A stretch of 64,000 bases of DNA from Pseudomonadota bacterium (GCA_023405815.1 JAEXXM010000056.1:1126-65125), one strand, 5' to 3'; positions 27,665 through 38,528 are shown, counted from the first letter of the stretch. Notes: a model not told the origin generated them from the letters alone. Translations and numbers: made by a program.

Positions 27665-29051
27665 ACGCCTCCTCCGCGCCGTTTCGACGACGTCGTTCCG
27701 CGTCGCAGCGGTAACGGTCGCGGCATATCTTGCATTTGCGGGACTCGTCGTCGGTGTCCTGCTGTGGCAGACGAACAGGGTGCTGACGAGCCAGGTGCTG
27801 GCGACACTCGACGGCGAGGCGCAGCAGCTCAAGACCGAGGTGCAGGCAGGCGGTGCGCCGGCGTTGGTGCGCGCCGTCGAAACGCGCAGCCGCTCGGGCG
27901 GGCCCGGGCTCTACTATCTCGGCGATGCGGCGGGTACCAAGCTAGCCGGCAATCTCAGCCGCCTGCCTCCTGAAATCGTCGGAAGTGCTAGCGGCGGCGT
28001 GTTCCGCTATTCGCCCGACATCGCCAGCGCGCGCGAGCACCTTGCCGCCGCCATACCGGTCAACGTCGGGCACGGCCTGCAGCTCATCGTCGGCCGCGAC
28101 GTAGAGGATCAGCGGCGCTTCGCCAGTGAGATGGGCACCGTCTATTTTCTCGCTCTGGGCTTCCTGACGCTGGGCGGGCTCGTTGCGGGGGTCGCGATCG
28201 GGCGCGTAGCGTTGCGACGTATCGAGACGATCAACGTTGCGGCCCAGTCGATCATGGCTGGCGACATGTCGCGGCGCATCGCCGTCAGCGGGACAGGCGA
28301 TGAGTTCGACGCGCTCGCCACGAACCTCAATGCAATGCTCGACCGTATCGAAGCGCTGATGAACGGGTTGCGCGAAGTCTCCGACAACATCGCGCACGAT
28401 CTGAAGACGCCGCTCACCCGCCTGCGCAACTCGGCAGAGGCGGCGCTGCGCGAGAGAGGCGAGGAGGCATATCGGGAAGGCCTCGAGCATACGATCGAGA
28501 AGGCCGACGAGCTGATCAAGACGTTCAACAGCCTGCTGCTGGTCGCCCGGCTGGAGGCGGGGGCGTTGGAGGGCAACGCGGAGCGCTTCGACCTCGGCCG
28601 CGCGGTGCGCGATGTCGCCGAGCTCTACGAGCCGGTCGCCGAGGAGCGCGGCATGGTGCTCGCGGTCAAGGTCGGGGCGGGTCCGGAGTTCACCGGAAAT
28701 CAACAGCTCATCGTGCAGGCCGTGGTCAACCTGATCGAGAATGCCATCAAGTACTCGGGCAAGCGGGAGAACAAGAGCGACGCGCTGATCTCGGTCGGCC
28801 TTAGCGAGCGCGCCGACGGCATCGACATCACGGTGGCCGACAATGGCCCCGGCATTGCTCCGGAAGACCGCGAGCGCGTGCTGAAGCGTTTCGTGCGGCT
28901 GGAGAAGAGCCGCACTGAACCGGGGACGGGGCTGGGCCTCAGCCTGGTGCAGGCCGTGGCGCGCCTGCACGGCGGCGGGGTGCGGCTCGAGGACAATCAT
29001 CCCGGATTGCGCGTGGTGCTGACGCTTCCGAAGCGCTCGTCCGACAGCTAA
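27651..29051 (+). CDS. HAMP sensor histidine kinase
   Basis: NIAHDLKTPL, NLIENAIKY, DNGPG, GTGLGL. Confidence 0.93.
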   Translation: MALPERLLRAVSTTSFRVAAVTVAAYLAFAGLVVGVLLWQTNRVLTSQVLATLDGEAQQLKTEVQAGGAPALVRAVETRSRSGGPGLYYLGDAAGTKLAGNLSRLPPEIVGSASGGVFRYSPDIASAREHLAAAIPVNVGHGLQLIVGRDVEDQRRFASEMGTVYFLALGFLTLGGLVAGVAIGRVALRRIETINVAAQSIMAGDMSRRIAVSGTGDEFDALATNLNAMLDRIEALMNGLREVSDNIAHDLKTPLTRLRNSAEAALRERGEEAYREGLEHTIEKADELIKTFNSLLLVARLEAGALEGNAERFDLGRAVRDVAELYEPVAEERGMVLAVKVGAGPEFTGNQQLIVQAVVNLIENAIKYSGKRENKSDALISVGLSERADGIDITVADNGPGIAPEDRERVLKRFVRLEKSRTEPGTGLGLSLVQAVARLHGGGVRLEDNHPGLRVVLTLPKRSSDS

Positions 29052-29093
29052 GAGGAAGGCACTTTCGGCTCCAATCCGGTCCGGGCGCTTAGA

Positions 29094-32042
29094 ATGGCCA
29101 ACGAAAAAGAAAGCATGCGGCCCTTCGTCGAGCGGATAAGCGAGGTGCCGATCGCGCGGGGCGATGCGCGCTCGGTCGGTGCGCTCGGAGCGCTGAGCGA
29201 GCGCGCGCGATCCGATGCCGGCCTCTCCCGCCTGCGTCTTACTCTTGAACAGCCGCGCGCGTTGGAGCTGCTTGCCGGCGTGTTCAGCGGCTCGACCTAT
29301 CTCACCAGCCTCATCGAGCGCGATCCGGCGCGCCTGCAGCGGATACTGGAAACGGCGCCCGAGGTGAGGGCCAAGGAGCTCAAGTCGGAGCTCGCCGCGC
29401 AGCTCGGGATGGCAACGACGCGCGCGGAGGCGATGCGGGCGCTGCGCGTCTACAAGGCCGAGGTCGCCCTGCTGACGGCGCTGGCCGATCTCGGCGGCGT
29501 CTGGCCGGTGCTGTCGGTGACGCAGGCGCTGAGCGAGTGCGCGGACGCGGCCCTGACCGGCGCGGTCGAATTTCTCTTTCGCGAGGCTGTCGCGCGCGGA
29601 CAGTGGATTGCCGACGAGGATGGCGGGATCTCTCCATCGGGCTACATCGTGCTGGCGATGGGCAAGCACGGTGCGGGTGAGCTCAATTACTCGAGCGATA
29701 TCGACCTGATCGTCTTCTACGATCGCGACCATATCCGCACTGCGCCGAACGTCGAGCCGCAGGGCTTCTTCGTGCGGCTGACGCGCGATCTCGTGAAGCT
29801 CATGGAGGAGCGGACGGGCGACGGGTACGTGTTCCGCACGGACCTGCGCCTGCGCCCCGATGCCGGCGCGACGCAGCTCGCGCTGTCGACCACCGCGGCG
29901 CTGATCTACTACGAGAGCTTCGGGCAGAACTGGGAGCGGGCGGCGCTGATCAAGGCGCGTCCCTGCGCGGGCGATGTCGCTGCGGGAGAGGAGCTGCTGG
30001 ACGAGCTGGCGCCCTTCGTGTGGCGCAAGTATCTCGACTATGCGGCGATCGCCGACGTGCACGCGATGAAGCGGCAGATATTCGCGCACCGGGGGTTCGG
30101 GACGATCGCGGTCGCGGGCCACAACATCAAACTCGGGCGCGGCGGCATCCGCGAGATCGAGTTCTTCGTGCAGACGCAGCAGCTGATCGCCGGCGGCCGG
30201 CAACCGGAGCTGCGCTCGCGGCGCACGCTCGATGCCATGGCGCGGCTCGTCGAGCGGGGATGGATCAAGGCGCGCGTCGCCATGGAGATGAGCGAAGCCT
30301 ACCTTTTCCTGCGCCGCATCGAGCATCGGCTGCAGATGGTCGCCGACGAGCAGACGCACGAGGTGCCGGACGATGCGGCGCGCCTGGAGGCCTTTGCGCA
30401 GTTCTGCGGCTATACCGACACGGCAACGTTCTCGCGCGAGCTCGTCACGCGGCTCGAGACGGTGCAGAAGCACTATGCCGCTTTGTTCGAGGACGCGCCG
30501 GTGCTAACGAGCGGCGGCGTCAACATGGTGTTCGCGGGAGAGAAAGACGATCCCGGTACTGTCGCGGCGCTGAAGGAGATGGGCTATTCGCAGCCGTCCG
30601 AGGTGCTGGCGATGATCCGCGGCTGGCACCACGGGCGCTATCCGTCGGTGCGTAGCGCGCGGGCGCGGGAGCGCCTGACGGAGGTGCAGCCGCTGCTGGT
30701 GCAGGCGCTGGCGGACACGGCGGATCCCGACCGCGCGCTTGCGAGTTTCGACCGGTTCATCGCCGAGCTGCCGGCGGGGGTTCAGCTCTTCTCGCTGCTG
30801 CGCGCCAACCCGGGCCTCCTGCGGCTGCTGGCTGACATCATGGGCAGCGCGCCGCGCCTATCGCGCATCCTCTCGCGGCGCCGGCGCCTGCTCGATGCGG
30901 TGCTCGATCCGCGCACGCTCGGCACGCTGCCGACGGCCGAGGAGCTCGATCGGCTCATCGCGGCGGAGATAGGCGATGGCGAGCACGACATGCAGTACGT
31001 GCTCGACCGAGCGCGTGTCATCGGCAGCGAGCAGCAATTCCTCATCGGCGTGCGGGTGCTGTCGGGAGCGATCAAGGCCAACCAGGCCGGCGGCGCCTAC
31101 GCACTGCTGGCCGAGCGGCTGATCGAAGCGCTGATGCGTGCGGTCGAACGGGAGCTCATCCGCGTGCACGGACGCGTGCCGGGCGGTGGCGCAGCCATCC
31201 TCGCCATGGGTAAGCTCGGCGGGCGCGAGATGACGGCCGCCTCCGACCTCGATCTCATCCTCATCTACGATTTCGACGACGGCGCGGCGCAGTCGGACGG
31301 GGAGCGCCCGCTGGCGCCGATGCAGTATTACGCGCGCATGACGCAGCGGTTGATCAGCGCCCTGTCCGCGGCGACGGCCGAGGGGACGCTGTACGAGGTG
31401 GACATGCGGCTGCGGCCCTCGGGGCAGCAGGGTCCGGTGGCGACGCAGCTCAAGACCTTCGTCGACTACCAGACCGGCGAAGCCTGGACATGGGAGCACA
31501 TGGCCCTGACGCGCGCGCGCGCCATTGCCGGGCCGGAAGCGTTGCAGGGGAGGGTCGAGGCGGCCGTGCATGCCTCGCTCGTCTGGAAGCGTGATCGCGC
31601 GAAGATCGCTGCCGACGTCCTCGATATGCGCGAGCGCATCTTCAAGGAGAAGGGCACCGAGGACATCTGGGACCTTAAGCACGTGCGCGGTGGCCTGGTG
31701 GACGTCGAGTTCATTGCCCAGCACCTGCAACTCGTGCACGCAGCGGAGCACCCGGAGGTCCTCGACCAGAACACCATCGAGGCCTACCGCAAGCTGCGCG
31801 ATGCAGGGCTTTTGGCGGCCGAGCATGCGGAGGTGCTGATCCCGGCCACGCGGCTCTTGCACGATCTGACGCAGGTCCTGCGTCTCTGCATCGAGGGCCG
31901 GTTCGATCCCACGACGGCGCCCTCAGGGCTCAAGGAGTTGCTGGCGGCGGCCGGGGATGCAGCGAACTTCGCCGAGCTGGAGGTGCAGCTCAAGGCGAAT
32001 TTGGGTAATGTTTCCAGGCTTTTCCGCCAGCTCATCGTCTGA
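29094..32042 (+). CDS. glnE: Glutamine synthetase adenylyltransferase
   Basis: Duplicated NTase motifs MGKHGAGELNYSSDIDL and MGKLGGREMTAASDLDL; DLRLRP/DMRLRP. Confidence 0.96.
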   Translation: MANEKESMRPFVERISEVPIARGDARSVGALGALSERARSDAGLSRLRLTLEQPRALELLAGVFSGSTYLTSLIERDPARLQRILETAPEVRAKELKSELAAQLGMATTRAEAMRALRVYKAEVALLTALADLGGVWPVLSVTQALSECADAALTGAVEFLFREAVARGQWIADEDGGISPSGYIVLAMGKHGAGELNYSSDIDLIVFYDRDHIRTAPNVEPQGFFVRLTRDLVKLMEERTGDGYVFRTDLRLRPDAGATQLALSTTAALIYYESFGQNWERAALIKARPCAGDVAAGEELLDELAPFVWRKYLDYAAIADVHAMKRQIFAHRGFGTIAVAGHNIKLGRGGIREIEFFVQTQQLIAGGRQPELRSRRTLDAMARLVERGWIKARVAMEMSEAYLFLRRIEHRLQMVADEQTHEVPDDAARLEAFAQFCGYTDTATFSRELVTRLETVQKHYAALFEDAPVLTSGGVNMVFAGEKDDPGTVAALKEMGYSQPSEVLAMIRGWHHGRYPSVRSARARERLTEVQPLLVQALADTADPDRALASFDRFIAELPAGVQLFSLLRANPGLLRLLADIMGSAPRLSRILSRRRRLLDAVLDPRTLGTLPTAEELDRLIAAEIGDGEHDMQYVLDRARVIGSEQQFLIGVRVLSGAIKANQAGGAYALLAERLIEALMRAVERELIRVHGRVPGGGAAILAMGKLGGREMTAASDLDLILIYDFDDGAAQSDGERPLAPMQYYARMTQRLISALSAATAEGTLYEVDMRLRPSGQQGPVATQLKTFVDYQTGEAWTWEHMALTRARAIAGPEALQGRVEAAVHASLVWKRDRAKIAADVLDMRERIFKEKGTEDIWDLKHVRGGLVDVEFIAQHLQLVHAAEHPEVLDQNTIEAYRKLRDAGLLAAEHAEVLIPATRLLHDLTQVLRLCIEGRFDPTTAPSGLKELLAAAGDAANFAELEVQLKANLGNVSRLFRQLIV

Positions 32043-32179
32043 GGGCCGAGGCCCCTGTGTGCGGCTTTGCCCGGGCGACGGATTTACCATGATGGCTCCG
32101 TTCCTAATGCCAGAAGTCGCGCCCAAGGCGGGTCACAGAACCGGCCGATCCGGCGCTAGACTGGGAGAAGGATTGTCAC

Positions 32180-32821
32180 GTGGCCATGTCGAGGCAGGCA
32201 GTGGCGGCAAAGCGGATAGGGCCCGACCTTCACGGGGGCGGCGCGATGGGGGTTGAGGCGAGCGAGGACGCCGCACTGGTGGCGGCCGCCGCGGCAGGGG
32301 ATGCCGGGGCGTTCCGCAGCCTCGTCGATCGCCATCTCTCCGGGGTGATCGCGGTAGCTCGCAGGATGCTGCGCGACGAGGCCGAGGCCGAGGACGTGGC
32401 GCAGGAGGCGATGCTCCGGCTGTGGCGCTCGGCGGAAGGATTGGACGTCGGCGCGCCGGGGCTGCGGCCGTGGCTGCGACGGGTCGTGTCGAATCTGTGC
32501 GTTGACCGTATGCGTTCTGGCAAGCGCCTCGTCGTGGTGGACGAGGTGCCTGAACGGGCGGAGGCGGCAACGCAACAGTCAGAGATGGAGGCGCAGGATA
32601 CGAGCCAGCGTGTCGATGCTGCGCTGAAGGCCCTCCCCGACCGGCAGCGTAGCGCCCTGACGCTGTTTCACTACGAGGGGCTGAGCCAGATCGAGATCGG
32701 GCAGATCATGGGCATCTCCGACGAGGCAGTGGAATCTCTGCTCGCCCGCGCCCGAAGAAGCCTCAAGAGCGCGTTGCGCGACGAACTGCAAGAGCTTCTG
32801 GCGGACAGCCAGCACGATTGA
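32180..32821 (+). CDS. ECF sigma factor
   Basis: AEDVAQE, WLRRVVSNLCVD, LPDRQR, AVESLLARARR; alternative starts at 32186 or 32246. Confidence 0.92.
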   Translation: MAMSRQAVAAKRIGPDLHGGGAMGVEASEDAALVAAAAAGDAGAFRSLVDRHLSGVIAVARRMLRDEAEAEDVAQEAMLRLWRSAEGLDVGAPGLRPWLRRVVSNLCVDRMRSGKRLVVVDEVPERAEAATQQSEMEAQDTSQRVDAALKALPDRQRSALTLFHYEGLSQIEIGQIMGISDEAVESLLARARRSLKSALRDELQELLADSQHD

Positions 32822-32856
32822 TAGGCAAGCGACTGTTTCAGAGACGAGACGAAGCG

Positions 32857-33396
32857 ATGACGAGCACTGACAAACGGGCAAAGGATCGGGAGGCGCTGGA
32901 GCGCCTGCTGGATATCCATGGTGCCGACCGTACGCGGTGGCCGGCTCGGGAGCGGCTGAGGTTTGCCGGCGTCATCAGCGAGGACGAGGCAGCGGCGCGC
33001 ATGGTGGCGGAGGCCGAGGCTCTCGACCGGTTGCTCGATCGTGCGCCGCGTGCCAGCGAAGCGGGTATCGATGCCTTGAAAGAGCGGATCGTCGCGGCTG
33101 CGCTGCGCTCCGAGCGTCCCAAGCTTACGGCGGTCGCTGGCGGGAAGCCGGCGCCGTCGAAGGCGTGGCTCGGCCAGTTGCGTCGGCCGACATGGGCGAT
33201 GAGCTTCGGCGAATGGCCGGCGGCGGCAGTGCTTGCGGCTTCGCTGGTGCTGGGCGTGATGCTGGGATCAGCGGGTACGCTCAATACGACGATGCAGCAG
33301 GTGGCGAGCGCCACTGGTCTCAGCACTACCGGCGATGGCACGAACCTGGCTCAGGGCGAGGAGCTGCTCGGCTCCAGCGACGAGGATTTCCTATGA
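32857..33396 (+). CDS. Putative membrane anti-sigma factor
   Basis: LLDIHGADRTRWP N-terminus and a single TM; directly after the ECF gene. Confidence 0.75.
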   Translation: MTSTDKRAKDREALERLLDIHGADRTRWPARERLRFAGVISEDEAAARMVAEAEALDRLLDRAPRASEAGIDALKERIVAAALRSERPKLTAVAGGKPAPSKAWLGQLRRPTWAMSFGEWPAAAVLAASLVLGVMLGSAGTLNTTMQQVASATGLSTTGDGTNLAQGEELLGSSDEDFL

Positions 33397-33875
33397 GCGA
33401 TGCTCCCGCGACCTCGCGATTCTCGCCGCGCACCCTGCGTTGGGTGCTGATCGGATCGCTCGCACTCAATGTCCTCATCATCGGCGCGGTTGTCAGCTCG
33501 CTGTGCATCGCGCGTTTCGGCGGACCGCATGGACCGCACGGCAAGGGCTTCAGGGGATCGCCGCTCATCGGGTTCGCGCGGACGCTGCCGCGCGAGCGCG
33601 CCGACATGATCCGTCAATTGGATGCGGACGCCCAGCCCAAGCTCGAGGGCCTGCGGCGGGGCATGCGTGATGCGCGTGCGGCGGTACGGGCGGCATTGAG
33701 CGCGGAGCCTTTCGACCAGGCCAAATTCGATGCAGCGCTTGACGGCGTCGTGCAGGCGGAAACCAACGAGGCTCGCGGCAAGACGACGTTGTTCGGAGAT
33801 ACCGTGCGTCAGCTCACGCCGCAGGAGCGGGTTCAATTGCACGAATGGCTCGACAGCAGGCGCCCGATCCGATAG
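33393..33875 (+). CDS. Periplasmic heavy-metal sensor (Spy/CpxP/ZraP-like)
   Basis: SLALNVLIIG, ALSAEPFD, LTPQER; ATGA overlap with the anti-sigma gene. Confidence 0.82.
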   Translation: MSDAPATSRFSPRTLRWVLIGSLALNVLIIGAVVSSLCIARFGGPHGPHGKGFRGSPLIGFARTLPRERADMIRQLDADAQPKLEGLRRGMRDARAAVRAALSAEPFDQAKFDAALDGVVQAETNEARGKTTLFGDTVRQLTPQERVQLHEWLDSRRPIR

Positions 33876-33888
33876 GCGCTCGCGCCCA

Positions 33889-34998
33889 TCAGAGCGCCAT
33901 TGCCGGCTGGTAGCGGTACGCGGCCGGCATGGCGTCGTGGGTGAAGAAGTCGGGTTGAGCGGCGCGGTCGAGGACGGTGACGGCGCTCCATCCGCCAGCC
34001 GCGGTCTCGATCTCGAGCAGGGACGTTCCCTGCATCTCCAGCAGCGTGCGGGCAAGGCAGATAGACAGGGAGCCGGCGCGTGGCACCGCGCCGGACTGCG
34101 GGCTGCTTACCGTGAGGACGATCTCGATGAGCTCGCCGTCGGCCACGGCGAGAAGCGAGATATGGGTGCCCGGGGCCGTGCGCGCGATGCCTTCGGCCAG
34201 CATGTTGACGAGAATCTGGCGCAGCGCGCGCTGATCGCTCATCACCTCGATGTCGGGCGAAATGGAAAGGGCGAGGCCCACGTTGCGGGCGACGGCCTTG
34301 CGCTCGAGAAACGTCCATGCGTCGGCGATGGCGTGCTCGAGGACGGTGACGCTCGGAGCCTCGGAGGGACGCGGGTCGGTGAGCAATGCGGTGAGGGCGA
34401 GGGTGTCCTCGGCCGATTTCAGAAGATCGGCGGCGCTGTCGTTGATGTGACGGACGTACTCCTGATAGCGCTCGTTGCCGAGCGGCCCGAACATCTCCAG
34501 CGACATCACCTCGGAGAAACCGATGACGGCGTTGAGTGGAGTGCGCAGGTCGTGGTTGATGCGCGACATGAGCTCGGCCCAGTCGCGGTTGGTGCGGGCT
34601 GGCCGGGGGTGCTGGGCGCGCACGGCTTGGGCGGGCCGCGTCACCTGCCGGACGGGCTCAGGGGGTATCGGCCGGGAGGGACGCTCGGACATGGCGGGCG
34701 CCGCGATCACGTGGGAAATCGATCGGCTCGAGGTGATCGTCCCGGCGAGATTGGCACCAGCGCCGACCACGGCGAGCGCAATGCCGGTGACGATGAGTAT
34801 GCCGGTGAGGAGGGTGGTGGGGAGAAGCGGGGCAGCGACGCCGAGGCTTACGGCCGAGAGGGAGAGGAAGAGCACGGGACGAGCATGCAGGGACGAGCGG
34901 CGCAGGACCGCCCAGACGTAGCGGACCTTTTTCGGCACGCTGGAGAGATCCGCCGAAAACGGCCGCGCGCACAGGCTGGCGGACGTGGTCCACGCCAT
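33889..34998 (-). CDS. PleC/DivJ-like HisKA protein with degenerate ATPase domain
   Basis: HDLRTPLNAVIGFSEVM..FGPLGNERYQEY; no DxGxG or GxGLG boxes; GAGGGGA RBS before the start at 34998. Confidence 0.8.
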   Translation of the reverse strand: MAWTTSASLCARPFSADLSSVPKKVRYVWAVLRRSSLHARPVLFLSLSAVSLGVAAPLLPTTLLTGILIVTGIALAVVGAGANLAGTITSSRSISHVIAAPAMSERPSRPIPPEPVRQVTRPAQAVRAQHPRPARTNRDWAELMSRINHDLRTPLNAVIGFSEVMSLEMFGPLGNERYQEYVRHINDSAADLLKSAEDTLALTALLTDPRPSEAPSVTVLEHAIADAWTFLERKAVARNVGLALSISPDIEVMSDQRALRQILVNMLAEGIARTAPGTHISLLAVADGELIEIVLTVSSPQSGAVPRAGSLSICLARTLLEMQGTSLLEIETAAGGWSAVTVLDRAAQPDFFTHDAMPAAYRYQPAMAL

Positions 34999-35140
34999 TC
35001 TTATCCCCTCGATTTTTTTGTCTGATTGACTTGCGGACCCGAGCGAGTCCGCCACCCCGAATCACCTCAATCAGTTCACACCATTGCGAATCGCCTGTCG
35101 AGGGCGATTAAGCCCCTCGGCTTCATTATTTATTTCGGTG

Positions 35141-37792
35141 TCAGGCTTCGAGCACGCGCGAGGCGATTTCCTGCACGTCGGGGGATAGCGGGCGGGTGCG
35201 GACGATGCGCTGCAGCGCCTTGCGCGCCTTGGCACGCCTGCCGCTCTCCAAAGACCGCCAAGAGCGCAGAGCGCCGAGCATGCGGGCGGCGATTTGCGGG
35301 TTGAGGCGGTCGAGCGCGAGCACCTGATCGGCGAGGAAGGCGTAGCCGGCGCCGTCGGGGCGATTGAACTGCAGCGGATTGGTCGAGGCAAAGGTGCCGA
35401 CGAGGGCGCGGACCTTGTTGGGCGCCGTGAGCGAGAACAGCGGGTGCTTCGTTAGCGCCTTGACGCGCGTGAGGGTGCCGGCCAGCGGAGACTGGGCCTG
35501 GGCCGCAAACCAGGTGTCGATGACGACGTGGTCCCGGTGCCAAGTGTCGTAAAAATCGGCGAGGGCGCTCTTGGCTTCGGCGCCGCCGCGAGCGGCGAGC
35601 AGGTACAGCGCGTGGGCGCGATCGGTCATGTTGCTCGCCTTGGCGTAATGCTTGGCGAGACGCTGGAGGTCGGCGGGCGTGCCGCGGGCGGTGAGCAGCG
35701 TCAGGGCGGCGTTGCGCAGGGCGCGGCGTCCCGCGCTTGCGGCATCGGGAGAGAATGGGCCCTTGCCGTCCATCTCGCGGTAGAGTTGCTCGAGCTGGGG
35801 TCCGAGCGTCTTGCCGATGAGCTTTGCCAGCTGGCGGTGGGCGCGATTCACGAGCGCCGGATCGACGTTCCTGCCGATGATGCGGGCGACGTCCGACTGC
35901 GTCGGAAGCTTCAGCAACTCGGCGCGATAGGCCGGCTCGAGATCGTCGCCGGACACGGCTGCGCCGAGTGCACGGGCATAGCGCAGCGGGCGGCTCGTGC
36001 GTTTGCCCGAGGCAAGGCCGGATACGACCTCAACGAGCGTGCGGGCGGCGTAGTCGTTGGCGGCCTGCCAGCGGTTGAAGAGGTCGCTGTCGGAAGCCAT
36101 CAGCAACTCGACGTCCTCGTCCGGGAGATCGACGGTCAGATTGACGGGCGCGGAGAAGCCGCGCAGCAGGGAGGGCACAGGGCGCGAAGGGACATCCACG
36201 AAGCGAAAGCTCTGGCGGCGCTTGGTGAGAGAGACGACGCCGTCCTCGACATCCTCGCCGCCGGCGAGTTTCAGTTCGAGGTCGTGGCCGTTGGCGCCTA
36301 GCAGCCCGAGGCGGACCGGAATGTGCATCGGCTTCTTGCTCGGCTGGCCGGGCGTCGGCGGAACGATCTGCTCGAGCTCCAGATCGGCGGTCTTCTTGTC
36401 CTTGTCGTAGCGCAGATTGGCGATGATCTCAGGGGTGCCCGCCTGTGCGTACCAGAGCTTGAATTGGGATAGATCCAGGCCGCTGGCGTCGGCGAAGCAG
36501 GCGACGAACTCATCGACAGTGGCCGCCTCGCCGTCATGGCGCTTGAAGTAGAGGTCCATGCCTTTGCGGAAGCCGTCGCGCCCTAGGATGGTGGCGAGCA
36601 TGCGCACCACCTCGGCGCCCTTCTCGTAGACCGTCGCCGTGTAGAAGTTGTTGATCTCGATGTAGCTCTCGGGGCGTACCGGGTGCGCGAGCGGACCTGC
36701 GTCCTCGGCAAACTGATGCGTCTTGAGCCCGCGGACGTCGACGATGCGCTGCACCGTCGCCGAGCGCTCGTCGGCGGAGAACTCCTGGTCGCGATAGACA
36801 GTGAGACCTTCCTTGAGGCAGAGCTGGAACCAGTCGCGGCAGGTGATGCGGTTGCCGGTCCAGTTGTGGAAGTACTCGTGGGCGACAACGCTCTCGATGT
36901 GCTCGAAGATGGCGTCGGTTGCCGTCTCTGGCGAGGCGAGGATGAGGCGGTCGTTGAAGATGTTGAGGCCCTTGTTTTCCATCGCCCCCATGTTGAAGTC
37001 GGAGACGGCGACGATATTGAACACGTCGAGATCATACTCGCGGCCGAAGCGAACCTCGTCCCACCGCATCGAGCGCTTCAGAGAATCCATGGCCCAGGCT
37101 GCGCGGGCTTCCTTGCCGTGCTCGACATAGATGGCGAGATCGACTTTGCGGCCCGATTTGGTGCGGAAGCTGGAGCTGACCGGGGCGAGATCGCCGCCGA
37201 CCAGTGCAAAGAGGTAGGAGGGCTTGGGGTGAGGGTCATGCCAGACGGCGTAATGGCGCTTGCCGCCGTCGAGGGTGCCGCGCTCCTTGAGGTTGCCGTT
37301 GGAGAGCAGGATCGGCGCAACACTAGGGTCGGCGTCGATGCGCACCGTATAGGTGGCGAGAACGTCGGGGCGGTCGAGGAAATAGGTGATGCGGCGGAAG
37401 CCCTGCGCCTCGCACTGGCTGCAGTAGACGTTGTTGGAGCGATAGATCCCCTGTAGGGCCTTGTTGGCCTCGGGGTTGACGAAAGTCGTGATGTCGAGCG
37501 TGAAGGCGGCTGCCGGCGTCTTGGCGAGGGTGAGCGAGGTATCGGTGAGCTTATAGTCCTTCTTGCCGAGCGGGCGCCCATCGAGGGCGATCTCGGCGAG
37601 TTCCAGATGCTCGCCGTCGAGGCGCAGTGGCTCCTTCCGGCCGGTCGACTTGGGGTTTGGTCTTACCCACAACTTGGCGCGCACGCGCGTGCGCGCCGGC
37701 TCCAGGGAAACGTCGAGGTTCACTCGGTCGATCAAGTAGGCGGGAGGCCGATAGTCCTTGAGGTGAACCGGGCGGGCAGTCTCGAGCTTCAT
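35141..37792 (-). CDS. pepN: Aminopeptidase N
   Basis: GAMENK, HEYFHNWTGNR..KEG, YEKGAE. Confidence 0.97.
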   Translation of the reverse strand: MKLETARPVHLKDYRPPAYLIDRVNLDVSLEPARTRVRAKLWVRPNPKSTGRKEPLRLDGEHLELAEIALDGRPLGKKDYKLTDTSLTLAKTPAAAFTLDITTFVNPEANKALQGIYRSNNVYCSQCEAQGFRRITYFLDRPDVLATYTVRIDADPSVAPILLSNGNLKERGTLDGGKRHYAVWHDPHPKPSYLFALVGGDLAPVSSSFRTKSGRKVDLAIYVEHGKEARAAWAMDSLKRSMRWDEVRFGREYDLDVFNIVAVSDFNMGAMENKGLNIFNDRLILASPETATDAIFEHIESVVAHEYFHNWTGNRITCRDWFQLCLKEGLTVYRDQEFSADERSATVQRIVDVRGLKTHQFAEDAGPLAHPVRPESYIEINNFYTATVYEKGAEVVRMLATILGRDGFRKGMDLYFKRHDGEAATVDEFVACFADASGLDLSQFKLWYAQAGTPEIIANLRYDKDKKTADLELEQIVPPTPGQPSKKPMHIPVRLGLLGANGHDLELKLAGGEDVEDGVVSLTKRRQSFRFVDVPSRPVPSLLRGFSAPVNLTVDLPDEDVELLMASDSDLFNRWQAANDYAARTLVEVVSGLASGKRTSRPLRYARALGAAVSGDDLEPAYRAELLKLPTQSDVARIIGRNVDPALVNRAHRQLAKLIGKTLGPQLEQLYREMDGKGPFSPDAASAGRRALRNAALTLLTARGTPADLQRLAKHYAKASNMTDRAHALYLLAARGGAEAKSALADFYDTWHRDHVVIDTWFAAQAQSPLAGTLTRVKALTKHPLFSLTAPNKVRALVGTFASTNPLQFNRPDGAGYAFLADQVLALDRLNPQIAARMLGALRSWRSLESGRRAKARKALQRIVRTRPLSPDVQEIASRVLEA

Positions 37793-37938
37793 CACATCAC
37801 CGTAGCGCCGCCGAGCTGGGCGCTCGGCGAAAATGGACCGGCGGTGACTATAGGGGGCCGAGCTTAGCACGTCATGACCGGGGGTCGGTCAGACGGCATG
37901 TCTTTCCGTTTTTTAATGTTCTCCAAGGCTTTGGGCTT

Positions 37939-38325
37939 TCAGCGCGGTGCGGCGGAGGCGGCTGCCTTGAGGGTCATGCGCAAAAGGTCCGGCGAGACGG
38001 GCTTGGAGAGAACAAGCTGCTGCTCGTTGCGGCGGACGAGGACGCGTGGGTAGCCGGTAAGTACCACGAAGGGAATATCGCGTTCCTCGAGCGCCACCTG
38101 CAACTCGCGGCTGTTCTGGTCGGCCAAGGCATAATCGAGAAGCGCAACGTCAAGGGGCTCCTTCTCTACAGCCTCGAGCGCGTCGGTAACGGAGGCGAAC
38201 GGTCCCACCACCGTGGCGCCGGCCTCAGACAGGCGATCACAATAGTCGAGCGCCTCGAGCGGCTCGTCCTCGACCACCAGAACTCTACAATCCTGCAGGT
38301 CATCGATGTTGGTCTTGGAAGCCAT
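37939..38325 (-). CDS. Single-domain response regulator
   Basis: VLVVEDE, ALLD, LTGY, LSKP. Confidence 0.88.
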   Translation of the reverse strand: MASKTNIDDLQDCRVLVVEDEPLEALDYCDRLSEAGATVVGPFASVTDALEAVEKEPLDVALLDYALADQNSRELQVALEERDIPFVVLTGYPRVLVRRNEQQLVLSKPVSPDLLRMTLKAAASAAPR

Positions 38326-38361
38326 GATCGGTGCTCCCCGGTCAGTTGCTGCCGTCCGGGC

Positions 38362-38386
38362 AACGACTGCGCGCGTGGATCGTTCC
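38362..38386 (-). promoter_or_regulatory. EcfG/sigmaT-type promoter
   Basis: GGAAC-N16-CGTT on the minus strand, upstream of the single-domain regulator. Confidence 0.7.
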
Positions 38387-38528
38387 CGAGTCAGGCGTCG
38401 TTGTTCCGGGACAATTGAGGAACTACATGGTGCGGTGGGCATTTCCGTCAGGGCAGATTCCGCCTACCTTTTCGGCACCGCAGTCAGCAGGCTGATGCGG
38501 CCCGCGTCATTCACGGAGCAGAGGCAAC

